From positions 21,694,950 through 21,758,949 of the forward strand of contig NC_134029.1 in the NCBI RefSeq assembly GCF_964204645.1: a stretch of 64,000 nucleotides of DNA. The letters are read 5' to 3'. Of this stretch, positions 1 to 14,800 are shown piece after piece; the stretch's first letter is position 1; every line of letters begins with the position of its first letter. The DNA is from Tubulanus polymorphus. Lineage: Eukaryota; Animalia; Nemertea. Position numbers and translations under genes: made by a program. The notes under the pieces are model-generated. The model was not told where the DNA came from. It ran no database searches and saw only the letters and a program-made list of their open reading frames with translations.

Positions 1-375
1 AAACAACATTTACCGCTACAATTATCGGGATTACATTCGAGTAACAGCAGCAGTAGTTTATCATCGATACAAACTGCCATTTCTGTTCAACAACAGATTC
101 CTAATAAACTTCAGTCATCTACGTCGTCGTCGTCGATGCCTCAACCTCCGCAGCATAGTAGCTCCAGTCCGAATCTGATTTCGCAAATTCCCGGTAAATT
201 CGGCATGACGTCGAAATCGTCGCCGACCGGAAGTACGAAATCGTCGCCCGGTAGTCCGTTGGGTTTACCGCTGAAACTAGCCGAGGGTAAGGGTTCCGGG
301 CGGGTATCGTCGCCTACCGGTAGCGGTAAGGATAAGAAGAAAGGAAAGCATAGTAAAGACGAGTACTATTTCTAA
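1..375 (+). CDS. 3' end of an unidentified Ser/Pro/Gly-rich protein (ORF runs in from before the window; ends ...KDKKKGKHSKDEYYF*)
   Basis: Frame 1 is open from base 1 to TAA at 373-375 and is more GC-rich than the AT-rich 3'UTR-like sequence that follows. No domain recognised. Confidence 0.65.
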   Translation, partial: KQHLPLQLSGLHSSNSSSSLSSIQTAISVQQQIPNKLQSSTSSSSMPQPPQHSSSSPNLISQIPGKFGMTSKSSPTGSTKSSPGSPLGLPLKLAEGKGSGRVSSPTGSGKDKKKGKHSKDEYYF

Positions 376-1009
376 GATTTAGAGTAAGTTGAATATATCC
401 ACCTCAAAAAATTCATTGTTCTTTTTCCGCTCACTGTAACAGGGTCATAATCTAACCTAAACAATGTTTTAACGGTAACGGTAAAAAATATTCAAAAATT
501 GAAATAGTCTGTATTTTTGCATTTTTCAGCATTGGGTGACTGGCGCGGAAAATGGACCAATTTTTTGTGTGACTGTGTTAGAACTCTTCTCCGTACGTTT
601 CCTGTATCATTCTACCATCAGAACATCACATGTGTTAAGATCAGTTGACAGCACTTACCAAAAATTGGCTATCTACGATATTTCTGATATTGTCAAATTG
701 GTTGAACTCAATTTGAGAATAGCTAAAACGTATAAGACCCTTTCAAACCAGTCATCAATCAAGCATATCGTATCATTCATAACTATGAACGGCTTATAAA
801 GAATTAATATTGAATTGACGATAAAATGAGTATCTGACAATTTTTTTAACTGAGATAAAATTTTCAACTGATTGTGAATAGTTTGTAAATTATTGTACAT
901 ATGTCCTAATTAAGGTGCTCCATATTGTGTAATGATGATATTATTAGCCTTTTAAACTACCAAATGCTACTATGTACAAATGTGTGCTACTATGTGTGTT
1001 AGGTCATAA

Positions 1010-1053
1010 GACAAGCCTTGGAGTAATCGGACTGAATTACTCCAAGGACAAAC
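1010..1053. mobile_element. 30-bp foldback with 7-bp near-TSD (P-like footprint)
   Basis: gacaagc|cttggagtaat-cggactga-attactccaag|gacaaac. Confidence 0.5.
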
Positions 1054-2800
1054 TAAATCCTCCCTCCGGACATTCTTGGAGTCACACATCATGATGAAAG
1101 GCACCCGGTGAGTTTAAGTTACAAAGATCGGGACCAAGGCCCGGTTCCAGAATAATCCTTTAAACTAGTCTTGTTTAGTTAGTATGGTCATAGGAGCAAA
1201 CAAAATGAGCTTAGATTGGTTTGAGTTAATTTAGCCGATGCAGCCACGAGGGCAGGTAGACTCTTTGAATGTACAAAACATGTACATCGGTGTGTGAACT
1301 GTAAATATATGTATTCATCATGAAAAATATCTGTTGAAACCTCGTTGAATCTTATTGGAACTTAATTGATTGTAATTATTTGTTGAATGCAGGGTAAAAA
1401 ACAACTTTAGGGTTTTTAAAAAGTTAAATCGGAAGAAGGTTTATTTGATATTGAAATGAATCGTTATGACACGAAGATATAACCTTGAGTGTATGTACAT
1501 TATATGGATGTATAGTGCTGTTTTGTGATAGATCATTTGTCTATTAACTTCAACGATATCTTTATTATTATCATTATTATATATTATTATGATAATTATT
1601 ATAATTGATATTATCATATTATGTAAATTAAACCAGATTTATATTTGTTACGAATAGGTCATGTTGATCAGAAATTTTGTACGGAAAATAATGAAAGAAA
1701 TATAAACGCTGTAATCAATTAATGATAAAAATTGTGAAAACAATGTCAGTCCTTCAACTAGTCCAGTTATTTGAAATAATAAGCAAGATTATTGATTCAC
1801 TATGGAAAATAAAGTTTTTGGAGATATTTCTGTTGGCGCTGAAACGTGTCAAGACAAGGTTCCTATTACTTTCCCAAACATCCATAGAATCTTATGTGAA
1901 AAACTAGATTCAAAGAATGTGCGTGTGTGGTTTGAAAACGGTGTTAATTGTTAATAATAAATGGTTATTGATTATTATTATTTATGCAGATATATATTGT
2001 ATATACTAATGAGATATTGTGTATAGTAGAGTCTATAATTTAAAGCTCATTAAACTTTGTGAAAGTGGAAGTAATCAATTTGAATGTCGTCTTTGTTTTC
2101 TTGTTCGGTGAATGGAATACCCATGCTACCCCTGTCAACCCTTGATCTCGGAGACGTCGTCAGTGATTCAAACAATATGTAATTTTGATTAACGAACAAC
2201 AAGCCCTACCCAGCATATAAATACATCGGTTGCAGCAAAAATGCGTCCTCTTTGTGTATTTTTGGTTGCCGTTATTGTCAGTGGGTCAAAAAAGAATATA
2301 TCCGAATAAAAATGGGTGTTGAACTGGTTTCTGATGCTTGCAGCTGAGAGAATAGAAAGAAAAGGTCCACGTAATGTGAGATAGATTCAATGCCAGAAAC
2401 AAATTAGCGCAGTTCATTGCTAATTTTCCATCATTCAAGTGAAGTTTTGTCAAATAGCTAAATATCCAATTCACAACTGTGCAACTGGGCCCGCTGTCCT
2501 ATATTTAAACGAAACTGGTCGATTTGGGAAAAGGCAAAACAGGAGAGGGCGAGAAAGGAATATATAAGCCATGACGTATATCCCCTTAGTACTGGTAATG
2601 GAACAGCCCGACAAACACAGCTGATTGTTTGCAGTACTAACCGCTATCGCACTTACTGAAGTGCAATAAGTGTTTTAATCTTCGAAAACTGTCTTCAAAC
2701 TTTATACAATGTCCGACGCAACGACATTAGCTAGAATTAGATTAGTCGCTAAGGATATAGGTTTATTCTGATAATGAATATTAGAGGATAAAGAGCAAGG

Positions 2801-5800
2801 ATGGATAGTACGCTGCTTCAGCAACCGGCAATTCAGTTTCTTTTCATGTTGTTAGTACCGTTTATACTAGACGTCAATGCGTTTCCAGATCCGAGGCAAG
2901 GTAATAAGTCTAAACCAGAATGCACGCTGACATATCTCGATAAGACATTCATGGATCAATTAGAGAGGAAGAAATCCTCTGATGAAAATCTAATCTTTTC
3001 CTTTTTGATCACTGATTTTAAAAGGGAAATTATAAATTCATTCATTGTTAACTACGATACTCGTATGAAAAAAAATTAACAGATAGGGAATACATATCAA
3101 AGATAAGTAGTGATTAGAAAGATAGTACAATAGGTCTGGATATAAGTATGAAATTATTTATTCATTGCAGCGCTGTTCGTATCAAATTTAGAAAACCATG
3201 AAATAATCATTCCACAGAAAGTATCCGAGGACGGACAATTTCTGTCTCACAAACTGATGCAATATTATCACATACCTAAAACGCACAGGCAAAAGAGAGA
3301 TATCAGTGGTGAAAATAGAGTTCCAGATAGCAATGTTCACTATAAGATAAGCGTACGCAACAAAACTTTACATTTGACATTGTCACCGAATCACCGGCTT
3401 ACCTCGCCGGGGATGGTCACAGAACGATGGAAACGGAAATTCGGTAATATTAGCGACGCGACAATCGTGAGGAAACGGGGAAAATCCTGTCATTTTAGCG
3501 GCGAAATAAAAGGACAACCGAATTCGAGAGTTGCCATCTCAACCTGCGATGGTTTGGTAAGTCTTTACTAACTTCGGATATATTTCCCATGATTCTCAAT
3601 GCGGTTTGAAATCGTGTTTTTAAACACTTTTTCAAATCCAAGGTTTTTATCTGAGTACAAGAAAACTTTTGACTAATTGATTAATGATAATAGCTCTACT
3701 TGTAAATGGTATTTTTGCACCTTCAGACTTTGCATGAATGTATAAGATCGAATCTATCAACTGAGTTCGTTTATTCATTGTCTGGGTTTCAGTAGACATT
3801 TAATGAGAATTATGATCGAGTGCCCATTTACATTACATAAGCCATCAATTGCCACAACAATTCCTTCCCTTGTTGAAATAGCACCACTTCCTTGAAATTC
3901 AAGTCTTAAACGTACTGCAATTGTCTGAAATTTGTGAAGGCCTCAAATAAAATCACAATTACTGATCAGACTAATAATATATAACAGAATTTTAACAATG
4001 AGAATTGGGTCCATGCTTTATAGTTTCGCAGGGAAGTCTGACAAAAAGGACAGCGATTTCTATATAAATCTTCCTCGGATTTTTTAAATCAAGATCAAGC
4101 GTATTGATAAAAGGTTCATTATTTCCGTATAAAAAAGTAAACCAGATAAAATTGTGCAGTAGAGCCGAAGAACGTGGTTTGAATACGTCTGCATATCTAT
4201 TGTCGGAAGTACGTACACTCGACAAAAGACGTGATTTTTAAACTGGACTGATTATTCCATTGTGTATTTCTATTATTGTCGTGCGTCTAGTCGATCTGCC
4301 TATATTTTGTAGGATTGGCGATATTTTTTTATCAAGGACCCTTAGCGTCACACTGTTGTTTGTGTTATGACTATAAAGGTGCTATGTCTCTCGGCGCCTA
4401 AACTTACCAGTAACCACCTTTCTTCAAGCTATAGGATTCGTAGCTAAATCTTAGAATCAACGCTTGAAGTTATAAAAGATATTTATGAATAAGAATTCAT
4501 GCAAGGAATTTCTAGGTAGATCGTTGGAAATTGGTTTATGTGCATGTTGAAGTTGACTAGATAGCCAATAAAACAAGTAAAATGCATCTATTTTTGAACT
4601 GTCGGAGAAAAGGATGCTGCCTCTTTACTGGTAAATGTATTGGTAGCCTAGCAATCTAGAACCGTTATGATTGATAACCCATTACCTATTCCATTATTCC
4701 GGTTTATGTGTGGTATTGGTTCTCTAGTCTGATGTAAAATGCATTTGCCTTTAAAATAAGTTAATTGGAAAAGACCCAAAATGAAAAAAAACATTCACTT
4801 CTTGGATTTTTTAAATTGGATAAACAACTGTGTGCCGTCAATGCGATGTTAGAGTACGTTGGGATCAAGATGACGTCTGAACCACAGCGAAAGTTATTCG
4901 GTTCAGTTTGAATTTATAGGTTCAAGGTAGCAATCGTATAAAAGTTAGGCTGGCATTGATTCAGTTAACCTGTTGTATGATGTAAGAGCCCTTGCATAAT
5001 CATGCTGTTAGCCAGAAGTACTGGTGCATCAAACCTTCAATACGCCGTATGTAAAAGTGTGAACATCGTTTGCAGCTGCCCCTGGGACTTGCCACTCACC
5101 TTCCAACTTTGCATCGCGCTCATTTTCAATGAGGATTTTCAAATAATCTGTTTAATCACTTTCTGGCTTAACTATTTATTTTTCAAAGCAGATCTCCGTG
5201 CTTTGGAGAACTATTTATTTTCATGAACCAGGTATAAACTTGCCCTGCTCATCTCTCGTTTACGGACAATATTTGTGTTAATGAATGTTGTTGTTGTTGT
5301 TTGTATATTCACGTTCTGATACCGAGCTGATCACGGGGATTAAACTCTTATCAATCTGCAGCACCTGGGAATCTATATGAACCCATCTGATTGATTTTAC
5401 CATAGAACTCGAGTTCTATGATTTTGCTGGCAAGGGATGCAGAAAACTTCTTTAGGGGCTTTTCCTGAATTGCATTCTATAAACAATCTGGAATAGATAT
5501 AAATCGATAATCATATATCTGTAACTCCTGATTTTTCAATGAGAATAGCATCATTTCAAGGGTCAGCTTTAGAAAACAACACCAATTCCTGTACATATTA
5601 GTTGATCATGCGATTTTTAAATTCCATTCATGCATGTTTTAACCTGTCTACATAGCTGATTCTTATCGGGTGAAAACCTTTACATTTTACCTATTTTCTG
5701 AAAAAAACACGTTTCCTCACCTGAACAACTTTGCTCGTTCAGTCATCTTGAAAACTATGATGAATATTTGTTTATGAAATCTTGAGATTATGTGGGCGAT

Positions 5801-8800
5801 TGCTTCCTTGTAAAACCGCCTTGAAGGAATTTCTCCTCTGATGAACCCTTAAAGTTCCGTGTATCCTAACAAGTTGTAAATTGTTAAATCTGGAATTTTA
5901 CGCATACCAGAATAAAGGGTACTTGGTGTTTCAAACTAAAAACATAGATAGCTTTATTATTGTTTAAACTTACTTAAAACAATGTTTCTTTTGTTCTCGT
6001 GAATGGATGGCTCGAAAGATATGTGAAAAATGTGAAGACGTTGTAGAAGTTATCAAACTTTTGTCGAATTTTAATGTCTGAAGCAGCCGTTAAGCTAAAA
6101 GAGTTATTTCCGTATAGTTAAGGGTTAAGTTTTGTCGAAAATTCACTAAATCTTTTATTCTCGGTCACACACGCCCGTATCCAAGCAATTCTACCATTCT
6201 CTTGTACATACAAAGCAAATCGAGTATACAGGATATTAATTAGACTGTTCAGCGAATTCGTAACCACAAATTTTTACATATTCCATCTAGTGGTAGCCTA
6301 CATCATCTGCACTCGCTATTCTCAATATAAAGGCGATATATCGAGGTACCTGTGAGCTGTGAGTGTTTCAGGAACTGTATGAATAGTTTCATAGCGAAAT
6401 AAGGTGTTTTTATATATTTTCGGGTCAAGAGATCTTGACCTAGCCATCGATGGGATAATACACTTAAAACTGCAGACGTTGATTTTTACTAGAAATATAT
6501 CGTCCATTCATGATTTCCAGGTTCGAGTGCTCTTTACTCGATTTAACTCAGCCACCAGTCACATTCCTTTCTCCGTTTGTCGATGATTCGTCAAAATCTC
6601 TTGAACTATGTTTTAATTGTTTCACATTTCAGTTTATAAGTCGTTATAAATCCATCGACCGAATTCGTTGTTTGCAGATCCTTGGAACATTTTCGACTTC
6701 GTCAGGTTACCGGCATTATTTCCGTACAGTTGAAATAAAACGATAACAATTGTTCTTTTATTTGCACGAGAGTAATATAAACTTGAAACATACCCACGAA
6801 TGTCTCCATTGATATTTTTTTTAAAAATGAAATAATGATTTGTTTGTTCATAAACTTTATCGCTCGGTCAATGGTGACTTATCGCAAAGAAATATGATAG
6901 CGGTGATATCCGCATACTCGAAACTCAATCAGTCAGCTTGATCCTGGTTCAATATCTTATTGACCCGTCAATTAAAAAAACAATTTAATTACTCAATAAA
7001 CATATCTTTATGAATATTTAATGGTGTAGATATGATTTATTGATGTCAATTAGCACACATTTCAGGATATTTTATCATAGTGTTATCAATTATATTTATA
7101 AAAAAGTGGTCTTTGAGCGAATGGTAGTGCTTTATGATAAGGGAAACTTCGCAAAAAGGCATCTTATAGGCAAACTTATACATTTTGCTTAGTATTTTAC
7201 AATTAGTTTACTTTCCAATCCACGTTAAGTATATATATTTTAATGATAGTACGACACTGTTTAAAAATTTGTCTAAAGTGTTTGCTTAACAGAAAACGAA
7301 GTGTTCGTCTTTTCAACGGGGTTCATAAGTTCGAAAACCATTCTCGGAAAAGATGATAATTTCTTCATGTACGAAATAGATCCTAAAAATAACCGTTCTT
7401 AGTATCGAAGCTTCGGCCGCTAGGACTCAAGTGCCACTAGTCCACCAGGTCGTAGTGATAAACCGAGTTTGAGAGTTTCTTGGCATGAAAGGTCAGTGTG
7501 GTCAAGCTCGTTGGACTGGTTGGCAAATGTTCATTCTCCAATACCCGCTGCAATAGCCTTCATTCTCTGATTGACAGGCCCTTAAGGCAAAACTATAAAA
7601 TGTATGAACTATTTGAAATAAGATGGCTGGTATTTCACAAACAATGATACCAGCCACTCGTGAAGAGTTCATATAGTTGCAGTTGTTCTTTTGAGGATTT
7701 TTATATTTCTGCCTATTGTCAGAAACTTTATGGTATATGTTGCAGTTCATATTAGTACATTATGTATCCTCCCTTCCTAATAGATAATTACAAGATAACT
7801 GCTGCAATGATACACAAATAAAAGTAAAAATTATCTGGGAAAATAAAAAATTCATATTGTGCTTTCTTGTTTATTTATCTTTGCAACGATTCGCTCGCTC
7901 GTAAATATACAATTAATTTTATCTTTATGAAAGGACATTGTGTGCGTGAGATTTTTTAACTTTTTCCTTAAATATCACGTGAAGATATTTCTATTTTTCT
8001 GGTATTGTTTCAGACTGGATTTTTCCACAGTGATAACGTGTTATATTTCATTGAACCGGTTAAAGGACACAGAAGCCGAGACGGTGACCATCAGCCGCAC
8101 GTAGTTTACGAAAGAAATTCGTTACCGGAGCATTTAGGAGGCAGTCGTAAACACGAACAAGACACGAGTGGCCATGCTTCTTGTGAAATTAATGGTAAGA
8201 TATTTGCGAGTCTAAAATACCATGCGAAGAATCATTAAACGAATCCTTCGACCACACAATCCTTTTGAAGTGTGTAAAACCACTTTAATATTCAAGGTCA
8301 CATCGCAAAACCAAATTCATATCATTCTATTTGCGTAATACGTTAGTATTGAAATACTATAATGAATTGAGATGAGGAGTTCACTTAAATCTCTCACCAA
8401 AACCCATATTCACAATATACATTTTCTTGGTTTACATTTCCGGGTTTATCCGCACTGCAGTACCTACTGCTAAGAAGATTTTTTTTAATGTCCAGGGTTG
8501 CGTAATAAAACTCTCGATTTAAACTCAGACAGAAGAAAAATCAAACATAAATTCATCAAACAAATCACAGATGATATAAGATGAATGTTGATAAACACTT
8601 GTCTTCTGCCTTCTTACTGACATAAACTATGAGCTTGGGAAACTTTAACGTACTATCGTAATATATTCATATTGCCCATACTGATAAAAATTACCCCAAG
8701 TATATCAGGTTTATATACCGTGGTGATTAATTCTTATACGATCCACCTGTTCTATTTGGCTGCATTTTCACAGTAGAGTTCATATCATCATGTCCGAAAA

Positions 8801-11800
8801 TGTTTTAGATGAACTTCACCAGAAGAAAGTTTATCGGAGCTACGTCAAATCCATACATTCATTAAGCTCTCGGAAACTGAGGCCATTGCCTCTTTAACTT
8901 CGAGCTCAATATATCTGTAATATAGCAATGGAAAGAAATTATCTTCAGCAGTATATAGTTTGACATCGATGTGTCAAGTTCGTAGTTGATTGTTTACCAT
9001 CCAAAATAATGAATGAGACATACTCATCCTGAAAAGTTTTGATTACAATATATTTGGAGCCACGCAGTCCAGTCACTGGTCTCAAGTACTGATTACTCGA
9101 GTGCCTTATCACAAAATACTAATTTTCTTCCTTCTAAAACTAATTCCAACCCACTCCAAGAGTTCCGCGGAGACTATATTGTAAACCTATTTGATTTACC
9201 AATTTAATCCAGTAGATAAATGGAATAGAATAGATTCTCACAATATATGAACACAATCCCGTGATCAGTTTACGTGATGTTTGCTCAGTTTCAAGTGTTA
9301 TATAATAGCTAAGCTGATTTGTTTGTTGATAGTACATTTTTTTATTAAATATTACTGCAAACACCATTAATTATGTACTTATATCCCGGCATAGACATGA
9401 TAATACTTTGAATAAATATTCTTGTGAAGAATTCTGTCTGTAATTGATATATGTAATTTCCGTTTACGTCTTTCGATTTAATCCGATCAATGAATTCTCG
9501 GAAACAACCTTTCGAAATATGAGATTGGTGAATTATGTAAAACCAATCCTTTAAGTCTTGGGACGATAAACCGACAGTAGTCAGCCAAAGAAGCAGCCTC
9601 GGTTAACATACAGAATTAGAAATCTTCAATTTTTAAGTAGAAGTTATTGTACTAAGAAGAAGTAAGGTTTATGTATCAAACCGAAATAGTAGACCTGTTT
9701 TGTAGACAGAAATGAATTTATTGATGAAAGATGTAGCTATCATTGACTACCACACACACTCGATGAACTTCACATGCCATTTCAACCCCGTAGCTTTTTA
9801 TCATTTTTGTCTCCACAGTTCAGGATGATGAATATATATCCTCCCGATATTTTCCCGGAAGATTTTTGATATATTCTCCGAGGTGGTAGTTATGTTTGAT
9901 GTCTTTGTTATTATCTGTCTTCTTTTTAAATGGAGTAATAAGTTCCGTGCGCGGCAAAAATGACTGCGGACGATTTTTTTTTCGAAGTCTGAAGTACTGG
10001 GAACTTGCTCGCCAACCAGAGGGTCGTTTTAGACAGAATGAGAAAATCCACATCAGTCAGTGAAAACAAGAATGATCTGATTAAGTTATGTAGATTAATT
10101 CTATTAATCAAGTCGAATCTAGTTTTCAGTATGCAGAATTGCCTCCAGATTTTCCCGTGTGTAAAATAACCTTGATCTCTTTGTGAATTCTCTCCGTTAT
10201 TAGATCAGTTACCTTTGGATCATTGAGAATTCCATTGATCACTGATAATCACATCAGTACTTCTAATCATCAGACATTACACCTGTCATGAATATACCAC
10301 ACACCACCCCTGGAGTTGTAAATCAAATACACAATAATTCTAGATATATATACCCCACAAATCTAAATATAAGTATACATCTTTATCAGAGTACAGTTTA
10401 CTATTTATATATCTCAATTCGTAAATTGCCATCGTTATAACGGAGAATCCCAATATGAAAATACACGTATAGATGAAATATCAGTTCATTGACCCGTCGG
10501 CGAACTAGCCGCATATAAAGTTACAATGTCTGATGATTTTTAGTTTAGTTTCGAATCCACCTGCTTTATTAGAGAGTGGCTAACTTAACTCAGCTATAAT
10601 CAACTCAATACAGTATCAGTTTCCATTCGCCTTGCTACAGCCACATTCCATCGGTTAATAATATTGTTAACATTTTTTCATCCCCCGCCAGCCTGTAGAG
10701 CGACTGAGATCGCTTAACTGTAGCCGAATGCAGCAATGGAGTCGTAAACCCGAATTTGATTGTTTTTCAATGAAATCATTACTGCCCTGATACGAATGGA
10801 TGGTGCATCAACACGTATTATCGAGATATCATGTTTTTGTATGTTCTAAGATTATTACAGCCTGTAATCTTTCATTGTTTCCGTGATACAGCGATTCGCT
10901 TTAACTATAGATACAGAGTATGAAGAGGCAGAACATGATAGAGATCGCTGGCAAAAAGAAAACCAGCCAGCAAATAAAAAGACGAATAGAAGAAGAACAA
11001 AGCGGTCGGTGAGCGTTGAGAGGAGAGTTGAGGCTCTAGTCGTGGTCGATCCTGCCATGATGAAATTCCATATCACCGAAGATATAGAAACATACGTCTT
11101 GACTATTATGAATATGGTAGGCTAGCAAACTATTATGTGTTTTCCTTTTTAAAAGTTTTCATATATACATATCATCATTAGATATGAATATTGGAACTAT
11201 TTTGTATCAACTTACTATGTTATTCTCAACAAATGATGTTTTCATTAATAACAATAAATAGTTTGAAAATGGGAGAATGAATATAATAAGATAATATGAT
11301 AAACGACCCGACTAATTCCGAAGCGTTTTGCTTGTTTTCTGAGCTTGTATCAGCAAAACTTCTCCAATCCGTAGAACTTGGAGAAGTAACTGACATCAGT
11401 CTAAAAATTAGTGGCGTATTATTTATAAACAAGCACTGGTAATTTACAGACATTTGATTAGAGATGTGTGTATGTCTGTCACAATTTCTAACACATAAGT
11501 TGTTTTTTGCGTGTGTCTCAGAATGTATTCTCAGAATCGAGATGAAAGCACTTTTCTGCCCTCCTCGTGTTAATAATCATCAATCAAGCTGAGTTCTTTT
11601 CGGTTAAGTTTGAATTCGAAATTACGTAAATCGTTTATCTCAGCGCGTTTCACCGCTTCCGAGAAATCGTTAACGATCGTTCGCAATAACTGAGGAGTAA
11701 AATACTGCAGAAAAAAAATGCTCGTTGTTGTCCGCGATAGACAGCAACATCTTTCATATCGCTGGAAAAATTCATCGATGATACGTGCGAGACGTATTAT

Positions 11801-14800
11801 CAAAGCTGATGGTTTAATTTACAGCATGTTAAATTCAGAGATGAAGTGGTTGTACAGCGCAGGTGAAAACCATCTGTTTTTATACACCAACGATTTTACT
11901 CTTACGTAAACATATAATGATAATAGAATGATATTTCGACGCGTAAAAGCCGCCCGAGTGCTTTAATGCCTTCGAAAAGAAAACAACAAGAAATGTGTTG
12001 AATCTTGACCAGTTATCTGGATCGGAAATCCATGTTGAGCGTACGAGCGTGTTGAAATAATGATTCGAGTTCATTTTTGTCGATTATCTATATTTAAAAA
12101 TTTGTATAATTCGAAAGGAGCCACGATCCCTATGCCTGGTGTCTTATCTGCAGATGACAATAAACAAGATATTTCTCTATTTCCCACCGGTTATTTTGAA
12201 AAATACTAGTTTAGATAAACTGGTTTGTTTTAAGTAAGAAGCTGACGCAACTCGGCCGGCGAAGTAATTGTATGATGGAAACATAAATGAAGTTTAATTT
12301 GTTTGTAAACGTTTCGTGTAGGCCCTATTACAGTTTGTCAGTTATACCTTATTTTTTTTAGTAAACGAATCCGTAAAAAAGTTACTGTCACTTTCGACAG
12401 AGATGTTTCAGAATACCCACAGAGATGAAGTAGAAACTGTATCTTTCTTTTGTGTGTGATAGAAAAATGAAATGATGGATTTCACTGCGTTATTTATCCG
12501 ATCTCAGTCGGGTTTTGACTCTATCCTCGGTTTGAACTGAGATATTGTTCCTGTGTGAAGACCCCTGTCCTGCTGCGTTTGATAGCGAGCCCTGGATATT
12601 TTACTGTAAACTGTTCTCAAGTGTTTTGGCGTTTTTTCTTTTTATCAAGGTTATACCTTCGATGTATGAATCGAGGTTGAATCGAGTTTATATCAAGAAT
12701 AAATAGCCTATACTCAGTGAGACCTTGAATAGAATTTATGATTATGAACGTACTAACACTTTTTACATCACTAATGACTAATTACCTATTAATAATGATT
12801 AATTAGGCCTATTAATCCGTTTCAGGTAGCTCATATATACCATGATGCAAGTATTGGAAACGCTATCGATATCGTGCTAGTAAGACTGCTTCTTCTCGAA
12901 GATGAGCAGGTTTGTTATTTTCTTCTGAAAACTCAAACTGTAGCCACATGTTCGTAGCGGTTAATCTGTATATTAGATCGACTGCTTAAAGCCCAGATCA
13001 TTGTATGGAATGTTTTTTGATCAATGTTCATATTTTGGTTTCAGCTATTAATCATGATTTATCAGACCATCATGGGCTATATCAGAGTAGATAGCATATA
13101 ATCAGAACTCTGCGTGAACTATAACACTAAACTAGGCTTCTTTTACTCGAGAGCCACTTGTCTGTCTAAACCAATATACATTTGTAATTGATTTGAAACT
13201 AAGTAACATTTTTATTGCTTATGCATAACGCTCTCATTTCAAATGATATCATTCGCCATTTCAAGTATTAAAACTATATGTATCGTCAATAGGCTTAATT
13301 TTACATTCGGTTTCTTGAATTATGTGAAAACCGTTTGAAAACGCGTTTCAGCAGGTGAAAAGCAAAAAATTCTACTTAGAATTTAAAGTTCAGATAGTTA
13401 TGTTGGAACTGGTGTTTTAACCGCTCAGATTTTATGTTCACCCTTCGCGAGGAGATGTCTACTGTTTGTGAAACAAGACACGAAATTCTGGCACTGAAGC
13501 AACTATGTGTGAACAGACAAAAAATGAGTAACTTCACATATATACACCAGGTGCAATGAAAAATAATTAACTAAACTTACATCAAATTTGCAGACAGATT
13601 GTTTGTTTGTTTTCGCGCTCAGTTAGCCCTTAGATCATACCCCTATTTGAAAAAGATAGCGTTGTTTAGTTTTCGGGCTTGGTTTTTTCGTTTCAGGATG
13701 ATTTGAAAGTGAGCCACCACGCTGATAATACGCTACAGAGTTTCTGTAAATGGCAACATAAAATACAAATGAAAGACGATAAACATCCAAATCACCACGA
13801 TGTGGCTATTCTACTCACCAGGTATAAACAAAATCGAAGATTAGATATTCAATCAACTTTAGGTGCTCCATGAGTTCCCAGCTGAAAGCTTTTAGAATTT
13901 GTAAAAAGTGTAAATTTCTGTATGAGTGATCGTTGCGTAAAATAATCTTATGCTCAGATAATCAGTTTGACTGATCGGAGATTCATCGAATTTGTTATCC
14001 CTTTCAGAGTGGATATATGTTCACGGTTGAATGAGCCTTGCAGTACTCTGGGTTTAGCGCAAGTTTCGGGAATGTGTCAGCCTCATCGAAGCTGTAATAT
14101 CAACGAAGACACAGGACTCGCGTTAGCGTTTACCATAGCTCACGAGCTCGGACACAAGTACGTTAGCTACAGGAAAATATAGATAGGTTTTCTCTATCCC
14201 GCACATTCTGCCAAATGACAGGAGAAATTAAAAGATCATCATATTTCCAAGCATACAGACACCTACACGATAAACATAACGATGAAAAATGATTACTTTT
14301 GTTATATGTTGTACGTTGTTATTGTTTCGTGATATTTTATCCTTTATTGCAACAACCCATCCTTCTTTTCCCTTACTATATATCGCATTTCCTGCGCATT
14401 AAAGGCTAGATTTTATCACAGAAGGTCTGCAATAACTTAAACGATGCCAGAACCTAATAGTGCTTAGTACTGTGACCCAGGCCAACTTCGTTGTGGTTTT
14501 TTAGCAGTTATTAATTGGGTAATTTTAAACAATGAATTTGATAGACAAGCGCTACTTTGTTCATCGTCAGTCAAAAAGCTGGATTCTTCTTGAATGGAAT
14601 TCATACAAGATAAAGAGAACATCGATATCATTTGAGACATATACCATCATCTATTTGTGCATCAATAATCGCTTATTATCTTAAACATTCATATACTCGA
14701 TAATCTTATATTCCACTTATGATAATTATGAAAACCTAGTCGTCGTAGTTTCTTCGGCCGAACCTTCGTAAACGTATAGTTTATTTAGTTCTATAACTGA

